From positions 3,844,001-3,908,000 of the forward strand of contig CM030337.1 in assembly GCA_017654855.1 (NCBI GenBank): DNA of 64,000 nucleotides, read 5' to 3'. The translations under genes were made by a program, and so were the position numbers. Below the pieces are notes generated by a model. The model was not told the DNA's origin. It worked only from the letters and a program-made list of their open reading frames with translations, and did no database searches. How positions within the stretch are numbered: the first letter of the stretch is position 1; each line of letters begins with the position of its first letter. Shown here piece by piece: positions 48,703 to 60,663 of the stretch. The DNA is from Podospora anserina. Lineage: Eukaryota.

Positions 48703-50628
48703 ATGACCTCCCTCCTCCGGCAGCTCGTCGCCGGGCCCCGCGTCAAACACCAAGACACGGGGCTGGACCTGTGCTATGTGACCAAGAAGATAATCGCGAC
48801 GTTTGTTTGCCTTCCTCTTTCTCTCCCAACGCCAAACCTTGACCGTGTTCTAATGTAGGATGTGTGCGGAATCAGATCAGGACCGAGCCAGACGTACCCC
48901 CAGCTCGCCTACCGCAACCCCCTCGACCGATTAGTTTCCTTTCTTGACGCCCGCCACGGGAAGGAGTGGATGATTTGGGAGTTTCGGGCCGAGGGGACTG
49001 GGTACCCAGACGAGGCGGTCTACGGACGGGTGAAGCATTACCCTTGGCCGGATCATCACCCGCCGCCGTTTTGTGTGGTGCCTGTGGTGATAGGGGGGAT
49101 GAGGATTTGGTTGAATCCTGCTACGGAAGGGGAGGATTTGGAGGAAGTTACAAAGAAGAGGGTGGTGGTTGTGCACTGCAAGGCTGGCAAGGGGAGGTCA
49201 GGGACGATGGCGTGTAGTTATCTTATTGCGGAGGAGGGTTGGACGGTGGAGGATGCGCTGAGACGGTTTACGGACCGGAGGATGAAGGTTGGGTTTGGGG
49301 AGGGGGTGAGTATTCCTAGCCAGTTGAGGTGGGTTGGGTATGTGGATCGGTGGGCGAATAGAGGGGGGAAGGTGTATAGGGATGGGCCGGTGGAGATACT
49401 GGAGGTGCATGTTTGGGGGTTGAGGAACGGGGTCAAGGTCGAGGTGGAGGGGTATGTGGAGGAGGGGAAGAAGATTCGGTGTTTTCATACTTTTACGAAG
49501 GAGGAGAGGGTGGTGGTTGAGGGGGGTGCGCCGGGGGGTGGGGGGTTGAAGGATTTTATGTGGGATATGTATGGGGGGGTGAAGCAGGAGGAGGGGGCGG
49601 AGGAGGGAGTCAAGACGGGGGTGGTTGGGGATGGTGATGGGAGGAGTTTGTCGAGGAGTTCGTCCAAGAGGTTGAAGGAGGGGCTGAAGAAGAAGTTATC
49701 TGTCAGGAAAAAGGACACATCAGCGGCATCTTCGACGACCAGTCTTGACAAGTTGGCGACGGGCGCGTCGCAGAAGCAGAAGAGCAAGACGATTGCTCTC
49801 CAGCCTGAGGGGGCTGCTGCAAAGGCGGATGGTGACCGGACCTCACTTCCGGCCAAGACAGAGTCACGGTCACAGTCGACAACCAGTCTACAGAATGCAG
49901 GCACCTTCTCGTTTGCTGACCCGTCAGAACCGGGCGGGCAAGCAGTCATCTTTAAGCCTGCAAAACCGATCCGGATACCCAACAGCGACGTCAACATCTC
50001 GGTCGAGCGAAGAAACAAGGCACCGGGGAGCATTGGGTTAACCATGGTCACGGCTGTCGCCCATGTCTGGTTCAACACATTCTTCGAGGGCAACGGTCCC
50101 GAGCAAGGCGGTAAACCGGACGATAGCGGAGTCTTCACGATTGACTGGGACAAGATGGACGGCATCAAGGGCTCAAGTCAGCGCGGAACAAGAGCTTGCG
50201 ACAGGATTTCTGTTGTTTGGAGGACTGCGGCCGTCAGCGATATTGGAGAGGGTGGTGAAGCGCCAGGAGTAGTTATTCATGAGCCTGGAGAGGGCAGCCC
50301 TGTGCCGGAAATGAAGGCAGCGGACTGGAAGGGTGACGGAACGGAGAACCCGACTGCGCAAAAGACACTTGGGTTGCGGGTGGAGGATCCCGAGAGTGCG
50401 AGTGTTAGTAAGGCTAGCAGTGTCAAGAGCCAGGAGTATACGATTGCACCTTCCAATGACAGTAGTGAGATGGCTAAAGTGGAAGAGGAGGATGAAGACT
50501 TGAAGGGGGTCAAGGTTAGCGGTCCCACTGGGGAGGAGGTGCTGGATGGGGTTGCGGGTGGAGATGGTGAGCCACCGAAGAAGGAGAAGGCTGATGAGAC
50601 GGCCAAGAGGGGGTTCATCATTGAGTGA
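48703..50628 (+). CDS. TEP1: PTEN-like phosphatidylinositol-3,4,5-trisphosphate 3-phosphatase
   Basis: LDLCYVT, YRNPL, WPDHHPPPF, HCKAGKGRSG, GVSIPSQLRWVGY, HVWFNTFFE. Confidence 0.93.
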
Positions 50629-51621
50629 GAGTAAGCTTTGTTTACGGGTTATGCTGCGTATGTCGATATAAGCAAGGCGTTTGGTATGGTTAAACAGTGG
50701 TAAGGAATACAGGACATTGGGTTGTGTAGGCACCTTGATAACACAGCCGAGGGTGCCAGGGGTATTCCAAGGTTGCTTTCCGCCCCTCAACAGGGGAGTT
50801 GAAACTTGAGATGGTCAAAGAACTCTTGGAGGCCTTGACGGATAATCGGCGAACGTTCCGTTGGAAAATGAAATTGGTACTCTTTGCTTTGGCTCGTGGT
50901 TCACGTCCCTGTGTAAGGTTCATGTGGGTTCTCCCAGAACGCCGTGTAACAGAAGGTTTCCAGCCGTCGAACAAAGTTTGCACCATGATGGCCGGTGATT
51001 CATCACCGTAGGGTCAGTGTTTGGTGGGAATTTGCATGATGATGAGTTGAGGGCTTCGTAGATCAAGTGTCCGTTTATATGCGATAGTATCCCCCCGGGG
51101 CGTTGGTGATTCACTTGCTTGATGATTCACTTGCTTGATATGACAGAACAGCTGATGAAAACAGTAGGGCTCACGTGCGGCAAAGGAGCCGGCTATCGAT
51201 AAGACAGGATGCTCGGCTTAGTGGAGTACGGATGGCAAGGTACCTGGGGAAGCTCGGGCTGGACCCATCTCCACTGTATCCATTGTTTCTTTCAACTTTT
51301 TCTCTTTCGACCGCCATGGGCCCTTTACCCATTCCGACACCCGCAGCAGAGCTTATAGACTATTCACTGGCTTCCTGACGACACACTTTCGCTTTTCCTT
51401 TTCCCATCACCACCAACCTCTCCGTCGTTCAGGTACGTAAGAGCAACCCCGGTCACCGTTGCCCTCTTGGCACCTGTACATTCTCGCAGCACACTTCGCC
51501 CCGCAGCCGATGTTCCCCGCTAACAGCGCAACCTGCAGACCAAAAAAAAAAAAAAAAACTTGACGATTTGTTCGGGTCTTGTCTGACGCAGACAGGCCCC
51601 TCTTGATTCTTCTTCTTCATC

Positions 51622-52929
51622 ATGTCGGCAGAAATGGCGAACGAGATCAAGCTGATCAGTGGCCGCAGCCACCCCGAGCTGAGCGACAAGATTGCGAAGC
51701 GGTACGAACTCCCCTCCGGACAGCGAGACAGACAGACGAGAGAGAGAACGAGAACGAGAACACGGACGGAATAGTAGAGCGCGCTTTTGCTGATTCACTT
51801 ACACAGACTCGGCATTGAGGTGGCGAGGACCATCTCCCTCAACTACTCCAACCAGGAAACCTCCTTCACTGTCGGCGAGTCGGTCCGCGACGAGGATGTC
51901 TTCATTGTGCAGTCCACCGCTACCGGCGACGTGAACGAGGGCTTGATGGAGCTGTTGATCATGATCTCGGCCTGCAGAACTGCTAGGTGGGCAACGACAT
52001 GACCATCACCGAGTGAACTGCACGTTTGCTGACCTTGTGGCTTTGCGCGCAGTGCGAGGAGGATAACAGCTGTTATGTAAGAGCTTTCAAACAGATCGCG
52101 CCAATTCCCACCATGACGGATACGGGCGCTGACTGACCATTGCAGTCCCAACTTTCCCTATGCTCGTCAGGACAAGAAGGACAAGTCCAGAGCTCCCATC
52201 AGCGCCAGATTGGTCGCCAACATGCTCCAGACAGCTGGCGCGAACCGTAAGAGAGCCGCGCTCAATCTCGCGGCGCAATGCTGACAGATACAGACATCGT
52301 GACGGTCGACCTCCACGCTTCTCAGATCCAGGGCTTCTTCAGTGTCCCAGTCGACAACCTCTACGCCGAGCCCTCTTTCCTCCGCTACATCAGGGAAAAC
52401 TTCAACCCAGAAGACTGCGTCATTGTGTCACCCGATGCCGGCGGTGCCAAGCGCGCTACCTCGATTGCCGATCACCTCAACACCGCTTTCGCTCTCATCC
52501 ACAAGGAGCGCCCCCGGCCAAACGTTGTCGGTCGCATGGTCCTTGTCGGCAACGTTGAGGACAAGGTTGCCATTCTCGTTGACGACATGGCTGATACCTG
52601 CGGCACTCTGGTCAAGGCTGCCGCGGTGCTCAAGGAGAACGGCGCCAAGTCGGTGCTGGCCCTTGTTACCCACGGTATTCTGTCTGGCAATGCCATTGAG
52701 ACCTTGAACGGAAGCGTCCTCACCGCCCTGGTGGTCACCAACACTGTGCCACTCGGCGACAAGGTGCAGAGGTGCCCCAAGCTTCGTGTTATCGACATCA
52801 GCCCGACCGTTGCCGAGGCCATCCGTCGTACTCACAATGGTAACTGCCATATCTCTCCGCTCCCTGTGCTCTGTACTGACCTGTGTAGGCGAATCCGTAT
52901 CGTATCTTTTCACTCACGCCCCCGTCTAA
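51622..52929 (+). CDS. PRS: Ribose-phosphate pyrophosphokinase (multi-exon)
   Basis: [79 protein letters not shown]. Confidence 0.96.
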
Positions 52930-54227
52930 ATATGCGGGTTGGCGGATAATTCATCATGCATTGGTAGGAGTTTAAAAACTGGTAAACGACATGAAAATGA
53001 CGAGAGGTGAGGTGTGAGCGCTGCGTTCTTGATCCGGGCGGTGGACTGCCACGTCTGTTTGTTCTCGTCTGAGAACTCGTGTCTGGGGCAGGCAGTGGGC
53101 AAGTGAAAGTCCAGCCATCCCGAATACGATTTCAGGGGTATTGCTTTGGCGTTTGGGGAATTTTCGTACCGGGTATAATAGAGACGATATGATTCTCTAA
53201 GAAACAAATATATCATGATTTTTTGCTGATCTCAGTTTTTTTCCCCTTTTGTGAGAATACCGCAAGGTCGGTCTGAACAGTGGGTGTCCCAAGTATCACT
53301 CTATCGATGAGGTTTGAATATGCAGTCGGTATTTCTGAGAATAATAGGGGGTTTGTTTGTTTTTAAAATGGGGTCCGCCTCCGCTATTTGAATGCTGTCA
53401 GGGTTCACGGGGAAGTAATGAGGGGACTAATGGGGGTCTTGTTGTAGGCGGTTGTTTGAAGAAAGGGGTCTGTCTGGTTCTAACTTCGGCGATGTTGGAT
53501 AATAGAGTTGCAAATCAACTATAGGTGGTGGAATAGAAATACCGGCCTACAAAACGACAACACGATGCCCCGGAAGCCTCCGTCCCACCGGGAACGCTGA
53601 TGATCATCGTGGCCTTGGATACTACATTCAAACGGCCAGCCCCCTCTTAACAAATCCATGTCGCTGTTCGGTTCCTTTGCTACCACGAAATCTACACTCC
53701 CGACCATAGCTGATAAAAAGGCCCGACATCATACTTTTCGTCCCGGGAGATAACCCTATTGGGCTGATTTTCCGTTAATCTGTACCCACTACGGGAGGTG
53801 CCGATGCAGCGCGGGAAACCATCGGGGGTGCCGACGCCACGTCTGAGGTGACGGCATTTGAATCTGTCGGGTGAGTAAGGCCAACAACTCCTGTAACCTC
53901 AACCCTCAAGCACAAGAGAGGCAGAGCACAGCCTTGCTTGCTCAGCCAGTCTACCTCATCGTTGACCGAGTGGGGAGTTTTGCGTGCCAAGCATCTACAG
54001 CTCCGGCGGTGAAACATGAAACATAGGGAGAGAATGGGAACCGATAAATATCACAGTGTTTGTCTGAGATGGATGTCATCATGTCTTGGGTTACCGGGCC
54101 GTTCACACCGAGACAAACGTTGTAGATCCTGTCGGCTTCAAGAATTCATCGCTATATCCATCGAAAAATCACATCACTTCACAACTTCATATCTTGTCTC
54201 GTTTGCAAGCTCCCCATCTACCTTGCA

Positions 54228-57200
54228 ATGTCCTCTCTCACATATGTTGTCGACGAGCTCGCCGCTGAGGTCCCTCACGATACCTGGGTCAAGATCCCAT
54301 CATCACCGACCAAGATTGAAGAGATCACATGGCAAAACTTTACCTTCCAGCAGCTCGGCCAAGCGGTAGACAGGCTAGCTCACTGGATCGACAAACACTT
54401 GGGCCCGGCTGGCTTGGGCCGGGACGACTCCCTTGCCTACACGGGCATCAACGACATTCGATACCCCATAGTCATCCTGGCGGCGTTGAAGACCGGGCAC
54501 AAGGTTGGTAACACCATGTGAGGTTACCGCGACCAACTCTAACAAATAGCAGAGCCTTCTATTATCGCCCAGAAACTCCGTTGAGGGCCACTGCGCTCTC
54601 ATAACCCCTACCCGCTGCACCAAACTTCTTCACAGCCAAGAGCTCTCCGACCAAGCTTCTGAAATCGGTCAAAAGCTCGGCCATCTCAGCGTCCTCCGCA
54701 TCCCAGACCTGGAACACCTTCTCGAGACCACCACCAACCCCACCCCGTACCAGAGCAAATGCAATGATACGACCCCCGACCACGAGACAGTCATGATCCT
54801 CCACTCAAGCGGCACCACCGGCCTCCCCAAGCCCATCCCCCTCAAAGCCGGCGTCCTCACCACCGCCGGCAGACTACTCGCCACCCTCCCCACCCCCGCC
54901 GGCCGTCTAAACACCCACGACCCGCTCTACACCACCCCCCTCATCCTCTCCATGCCCCCCTTCTTCCACGCCTTTGGCATAAACCTCCTCGTTCGATCCC
55001 TCCACTACCGCCGCCCTCTCGTCCTCCTCCCACCCAGCACCCCCCCAACAGCAGAGCTGATGCTCCACGCAGTGAAAACCACCCGCCCGACAGGCATGGT
55101 CTGCACCCCTTCTATTCTGGAAGATATCTGCAGTTTGCCTCACGGGATTGAGACCCTGAGGGCGTCAGATATCGAGTGTATCTACTCCGGCGGCGCACCA
55201 CTAGCCAGGTCATGCGGCGATGTCATTGGGGAGGAACTCTCCCCTCGTATCACGCTGGTGAACGGGATCGGCACGACCGAGATTTGGAACGCGACCGGGT
55301 ATGCACCGCTGGACCCGAGGGATTGGGAGTATTTCGAGTGGAATCCTGCGGCGGGGGTTGTCATGGAGGGGGTTGGTGGAGACAAGAATACTGCCGAGTT
55401 GGTGATTAAGCGGTTGGGAGGGGAGGAGGGGAGGTTCCAGTTTGTGTTTTATAACTTTCCCGAGTCGGAAGAGTGGCGGACGAACGACTTGTTTGAGCGC
55501 CATCCGCTGAAAGAAAATTTGTGGAGGTATGTGGGACGGGTGGATGATGTTATTGTGCTGAGTAATGGGGAGAAGCTGAATCCGGTGACGTTTGAGAAGA
55601 TGGTGGAGGGGCATTCGATCGTGAAAGGGGCGGTGATGGTGGGGAGTGGGCGGTTCCAGACGGGACTGATTGTGGAGGTACATGATGTGAGTTTGGGGGT
55701 GGAGGAGGTGGTTGAGAGGATTTGGGAAAGGGTTGAGGAGGCGAATGAGCAGTACCCAGCTCATGCGAGGGTGTGGAAGTCGATGGTGAGGGTCGCGCGA
55801 CAAGACAAGCCGTTTGAGAGGACGCCGAAGGGGACGGTGATGAGGAGGAATACGTATGTGGCTTATCAGGCCGAGATTGAAGAGATGTATGCCAGTGCGA
55901 TGGTTATCAATGGGGTTGCAGCTGAGGTTGTGTTGGACGAGACCATGATCTTGGCTCAAATTCGGGATGCGGTCAACAGCGTGATCAAGCGACGCGGAGA
56001 CGTTACAGACGACACCAACCTGTTCGCCCTTGGCTTCGACTCCCTTCAAGTCCTTCAGCTCATCCTCACCCTCAAAAGCACCGTCCAATCCAGCCTGCAA
56101 GGCAAATTCTCGCTCCGTCTGGTCTACGAGAACCCCAGCATCAGCCAACTTCACCGCGCTCTCTGCTCTGCCCCAGCCACCGCCACCACCAACACGTCAA
56201 GAGCAGACAAATTCGACGCGCTCATCAAAGAATACACCCCCTCCCTCCGCCTCCCCCGTCCTTCCCACACCGAACCCAAAGGCTTCAAAGTCATCCTCAC
56301 CGGCACAACCGGCACCCTCGGCTCCTCCCTCCTCTCCTCCCTCCTGGCCAACCCAACCATAACCCACATCTACTGTCTCAACCGCTCCAAACCCATCTCC
56401 CCCAACACCTCCCAAGTTACATACCTCCAAACCGACCTCCTCCACCCTACCCTCGGCCTCTCATCCAAAACCTACAACACCCTCAAACACCCCCAACTGC
56501 TAATCCACTCCGCTTGGCCCGTTAACTTCAACCTCCCCTTCGACTCCTTCCTCCCTTCCATCTCCGGCACAGCCAATCTCATGGCCCTCAACCCAGCAAA
56601 ATTCGTCTTCATCTCCTCCATCGCCACCGCCATGGCGGGGACCTCACCTGTCCCGGAAAACTTCACCCAAGACCACAACCTCCCCTTGTCGACAGGGTAC
56701 GCCGAGTCCAAACACCTCGCCTCCTGTGTCCTGGCCAACTCCCCCATCCCGAGCACAATTCTGAGGGTAGGGCAGCTTGCTGGGAGGGCAGATGGTAAAG
56801 GGAGACGGTGGAATAAACACGAGTGGGTTCCTAGCTTGGTGCAGACATCCCTCAACATGGGGATGATCCCGTCCACCTTGGGGGGGAACCAAAAAGCAGT
56901 GGATTGGATACCCGTTGATCTTGCCGCTAAGGCGATTGTGGAGCTGGGGTTGGGGGGCAGTGGGAAGGGGAGGGAGTGTTACAATGTTGTCAACCCCTCC
57001 TGTGCTGATTGGGAGGGGACGATGGTTGGCGCCGTGCAGGAGTATGCAGGCAAGACTGAGAGGGGGGAGCTAAAGGTGGTGGGGGTAGCAGAGTGGTTGG
57101 ATGCTTTGGGGGAAAAGAACGACGCAGAACGGTACCCGGCCTTGAAGCTGAAGGAGTTCTTTGAGGGGTGGAGAGACGAGAGACAGGGTCCGGTCATCTT

Positions 57201-57300
57201 TCAGACAGACAAGGCGAAAAAGACAAGCCAGACGATGGGGAAGATGGCAGCTGTGACCGGGGAGATGATGAGTCGGTGGCTGGATGCTTGGGCTTTTTGA
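54228..57300 (+). CDS. NRPS-like enzyme, A-T-R carboxylic acid reductase type (2 exons)
   Basis: A domain ILHSSGTTGLPKP, GRVDDVIVLSNGEK, RTPKGT; T domain LFALGFDSLQ; R domain ILTGTTGTLGS and GYAESK. Confidence 0.93.
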
Positions 57301-57377
57301 CACGATAGGGTGTTAAACCGTAGACATGGACAGGAATAGACCATCCCTCGCGCAACTCATGCCTTCCATTCGGGTAT

Positions 57378-58238
57378 TTAGATCCCCATATCATCATCAC
57401 TATCCCCATCCCCACCATAACCACCCCTGCCCCCATCTCCCCCACCCAGATCCATCTCTTCCTCTTTTTCTCGTCTCGCCGTCTCGACCGCACCACCAAT
57501 CTTCCTCACCCCATCCACAACCCCCAAGACAAACCCCCTATTCTCTGCCAACTCCATCGCTCCCACGCCACGCAGACTAACCACACCCCCTTGTCCTTCC
57601 GCCCCCAGCGTCTCCGCCGAATCTCTCATCTTCGCCGCCCTGACCTCCACCAAATCCCGTAACAACCCCCTAATCTCACTGGTATTCCCCCCCAAATCAT
57701 CGCTCGCGTGCGTTATAAGCGCCTCGGCAACCTCCAACCAGTGGTACGGCAAATACCCCGCCGGCGCGGCGCTGGTACAATTATTCCGAAACGGCGGGCT
57801 TAATATTACTTCGCTGCTGTCACCCCCACCTATCCTCCCCGCATAACCAGGTTGTGACTGTCTCGCTCGTGAAGCGGTAGGCATTGGCTCCGAGAAAGCG
57901 TGAGGGTGCACTTTCGTCTCGCGGTGGACAATGTCGGCTAGGGAGGCGGGGTGCAGCCATGGTGGGGGGACGATGTTGGCGCGGCGCTGCTTTTTGAGGA
58001 GGAGGGCTAGCCAGAGGGGGAGGTCGGCTCGGTGGGGTGGGCGGAGGGGGGGTTTTGCCCTGCGGTGGACGAGATGTTAGACCAGGCGGGGAAAAGGGAG
58101 AGGTGGTGGCGGTGGGAAACATACCGACAGCAGATCGATGCTTTCTAATCGTTGTCTAGGAACCACTGTGACGAGCTCCATTTCGGCGACGAAGGCGACC
58201 TCGGAATGGGTAAGGCCTAATGGTAGAGGGAGAGCCAT
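57378..58238 (-). CDS. PSF2: GINS complex subunit Psf2 (apparent frameshift in a C homopolymer)
   Basis: [75 protein letters not shown]. Confidence 0.92.
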
Positions 58239-58950
58239 TGTGAATAGTTGATGGGGGGGCGGGAGTTGCTGGTGGGTATCGTGGGATTCGGAAAGTACTG
58301 TGGTATATAGTGTCACCTCTTCATGTCGTATTTTGGTTGTTATATGATTTTAGTCGCAATTCGAGAGCTCTGGCGGTTGGGAATTAGCTGAACTGCCATC
58401 GAAAGTCGGCGTGTCGCGTAAAGTGAAAACGCGGGTCACTGACGTCGCCTGGGGCCCACAAGGCTGGACCGCCAAGCCACTAGGGAAAAGGGGTTTATAG
58501 GTACCCTAACCCTGAATCAGGTTGTTTCCTTGCTTGTGATCTTGATCCAACCCCTATGATCTATCTGAGCTATGACACTTGCATACTGCCGCAAAGAACC
58601 TTGTACTTCCGCCAATACAACAAGATCCCACACCTCGGACAAAGATCTGTCCCCTTGTCACCCGTAGGAAAACAAGCTTTCGAATATATTGGCTTGGTCA
58701 GCCGCGAAAATATGGCAATATGCAAGGTCGATTACGAAACAAAACTGTCCAAAAAACATCTATGGTATCAAAATGTATCTACAAGCAATCCCCCAACAAT
58801 GACACGTTGCGTCTAGGGTAATTATCCTGAGTGCTGACGGGGCTGCAGCATAGGGCTCCCGTCTGACATGAGCAGGGCGGTCGGTAAGAATCTTCCCCCA
58901 ACGTCGTCACAAAAATATCTTCTTTCGGCTGATTGGGTAAGCAAACCGCT

Positions 58951-60663
58951 TCATTGGTCGAGGTACTGAAGTGCTGGATCAATAGCACCGCCATATTCAC
59001 CGCTTGATGAAAGGTCCTGGCCGAGGATCCCGAGAGCTGCTCGACTGTCCCAGAAGCCGTCTCGTCGTGGGTATTGTGTGAGCAAGGCGGTGGCGTCTGC
59101 TCGGACGGTGGGATCCAAGCATTTGGTTGCCGCAATGTAGAGAGCGCAAGTCGGCCCGCTGTCCAAGGTGAATATTTCGCTACATCCTTTGGAGACTGGT
59201 TGGTTGGCCAAGAGGACTCCAGAGAGGCGCACCATTTCTTTGAACTGCGATGTGATCTGTTCAGTGCCGTAGTGGTCTTGAAAGCCACAAGTGTTGATGT
59301 AGGCGTGAAGCACGATAGACTGGAGAAGCAGAGACGTCGCCTGAAGATAGGATGACCCCTTTCGAGGAGAGCTTGCCGGATTGTAAAGCGGCCAAAACAT
59401 GTCATTCCACCGTTCTAACATTCCAAGACACTGTGATTGCATGGTCTTGATCCCGGGCAGAAAGTCTCCATCCGCGTATGTTGGCCCAGCCATGGCTTGG
59501 CTGAAGTACAATGTCCAGTGCTGGATCGCGTCCCACCATCTTCTGGCCTCCCCGAGCCCGGAGAACTTGGTGGGCATGTCGTCTAGTGAAAGCCTGCTGT
59601 TGATTTCGATGGGTACTTGAACTGAGCCAGTCATGAGGCCGATAGACCAAGCAGACCATTCCATCCTCTCAAATGCTTGCAGAATCTCGTCTTCTAGTTC
59701 GAGCTGGCCCACGCTTGCTTGCCCTGAGAGCATGAGACTGCCAAAACTGATATGATTGACGGCAGCTCCGTGGCTCCCATGCAGAATCTCGAAGCACGCA
59801 AAGAGAATGCAAGCAACAACTGCCACACGTAGAGTAGAAGCAGAGTTTGGCTCCTGTTGAAGTCGGATCAGTCGGATTGCTTGTCCGTAGTGCGTGAGGG
59901 CCGCGTTGTAGTGATAATCGTTGCCGTCCCCTCCTGAGGGCCCTGCTGGAACAATGTTTGGAAAAAGCGAGCAGGCAAGAGCACCAATGGCCATGAGAGC
60001 ATACCGAATGGCCGGTTCAAGTTGGCTTATCTGTGGGATTGTTTGGGTGAACAACCGAGAGGAGAACCAGCCTCCCCCGAGATTATTGGCCAGACTGGAC
60101 CAACAGTCACAATAAAATGTCTCCCAGTGCTCGTCAGATTCATTGTTTTGGGAAGACTCCTGTGAGGAGTTTTCTCCCGCGCCATACTGGTCGCTCAGCT
60201 GCAGTGCCTCGAAATTGTCGGGAAGCCCCGAATCGCTCTTCTCAGACCGGGCTGATGGGGAAGACAGCCGCCGTCGTTTGTCGTCTCTCGGGGGCGCCAG
60301 TTCGGCTGTCTTGTACCCATCACAGAATCCTTGCCATTTCAAGCATCGCTGGCATGCAGGCTTGGCCTCGTCGCATTTCACATGTCGTCTCCTAAAAGGC
60401 ACACCGTTGTCAATATGGCGCCCATGGTGTGTTGGAACAAACAGGCTGCCGAGTGATGACCTACTTGCCTGCAGCAGCAACTCTCAGTCAGTAATAGGCC
60501 TCTCGTCTATGCAGTATTTCGAGACTAGTGACCCACATGTAACACAACCGGAGCGCACTTTCGGTACGCTTGTCCTTGTGGCTCGTGGCCGGTGGTCCAG
60601 GCTGAAGACAAAAGACTGGGGACCAGAACTGTGTTGCGAGTAAGCTAGATCAGTTTCGGCCAT
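58951..60663 (-). CDS. Zn(II)2Cys6 transcription factor
   Basis: KVRSGCVTC|K|RRHVKCDEAKPACQRCLKWQGFCDGY binuclear cluster; C-terminal ACILFACFEILHG and RRDGFWDS. Confidence 0.92.

Noticed and set aside
51107..51139. 16-bp tandem duplication TGATTCACTTGCTTGA
   Set aside because: Two copies only; ordinary slippage.
55210..56154. 314-aa minus-strand ORF
   Set aside because: Antisense shadow of the NRPS-like gene.
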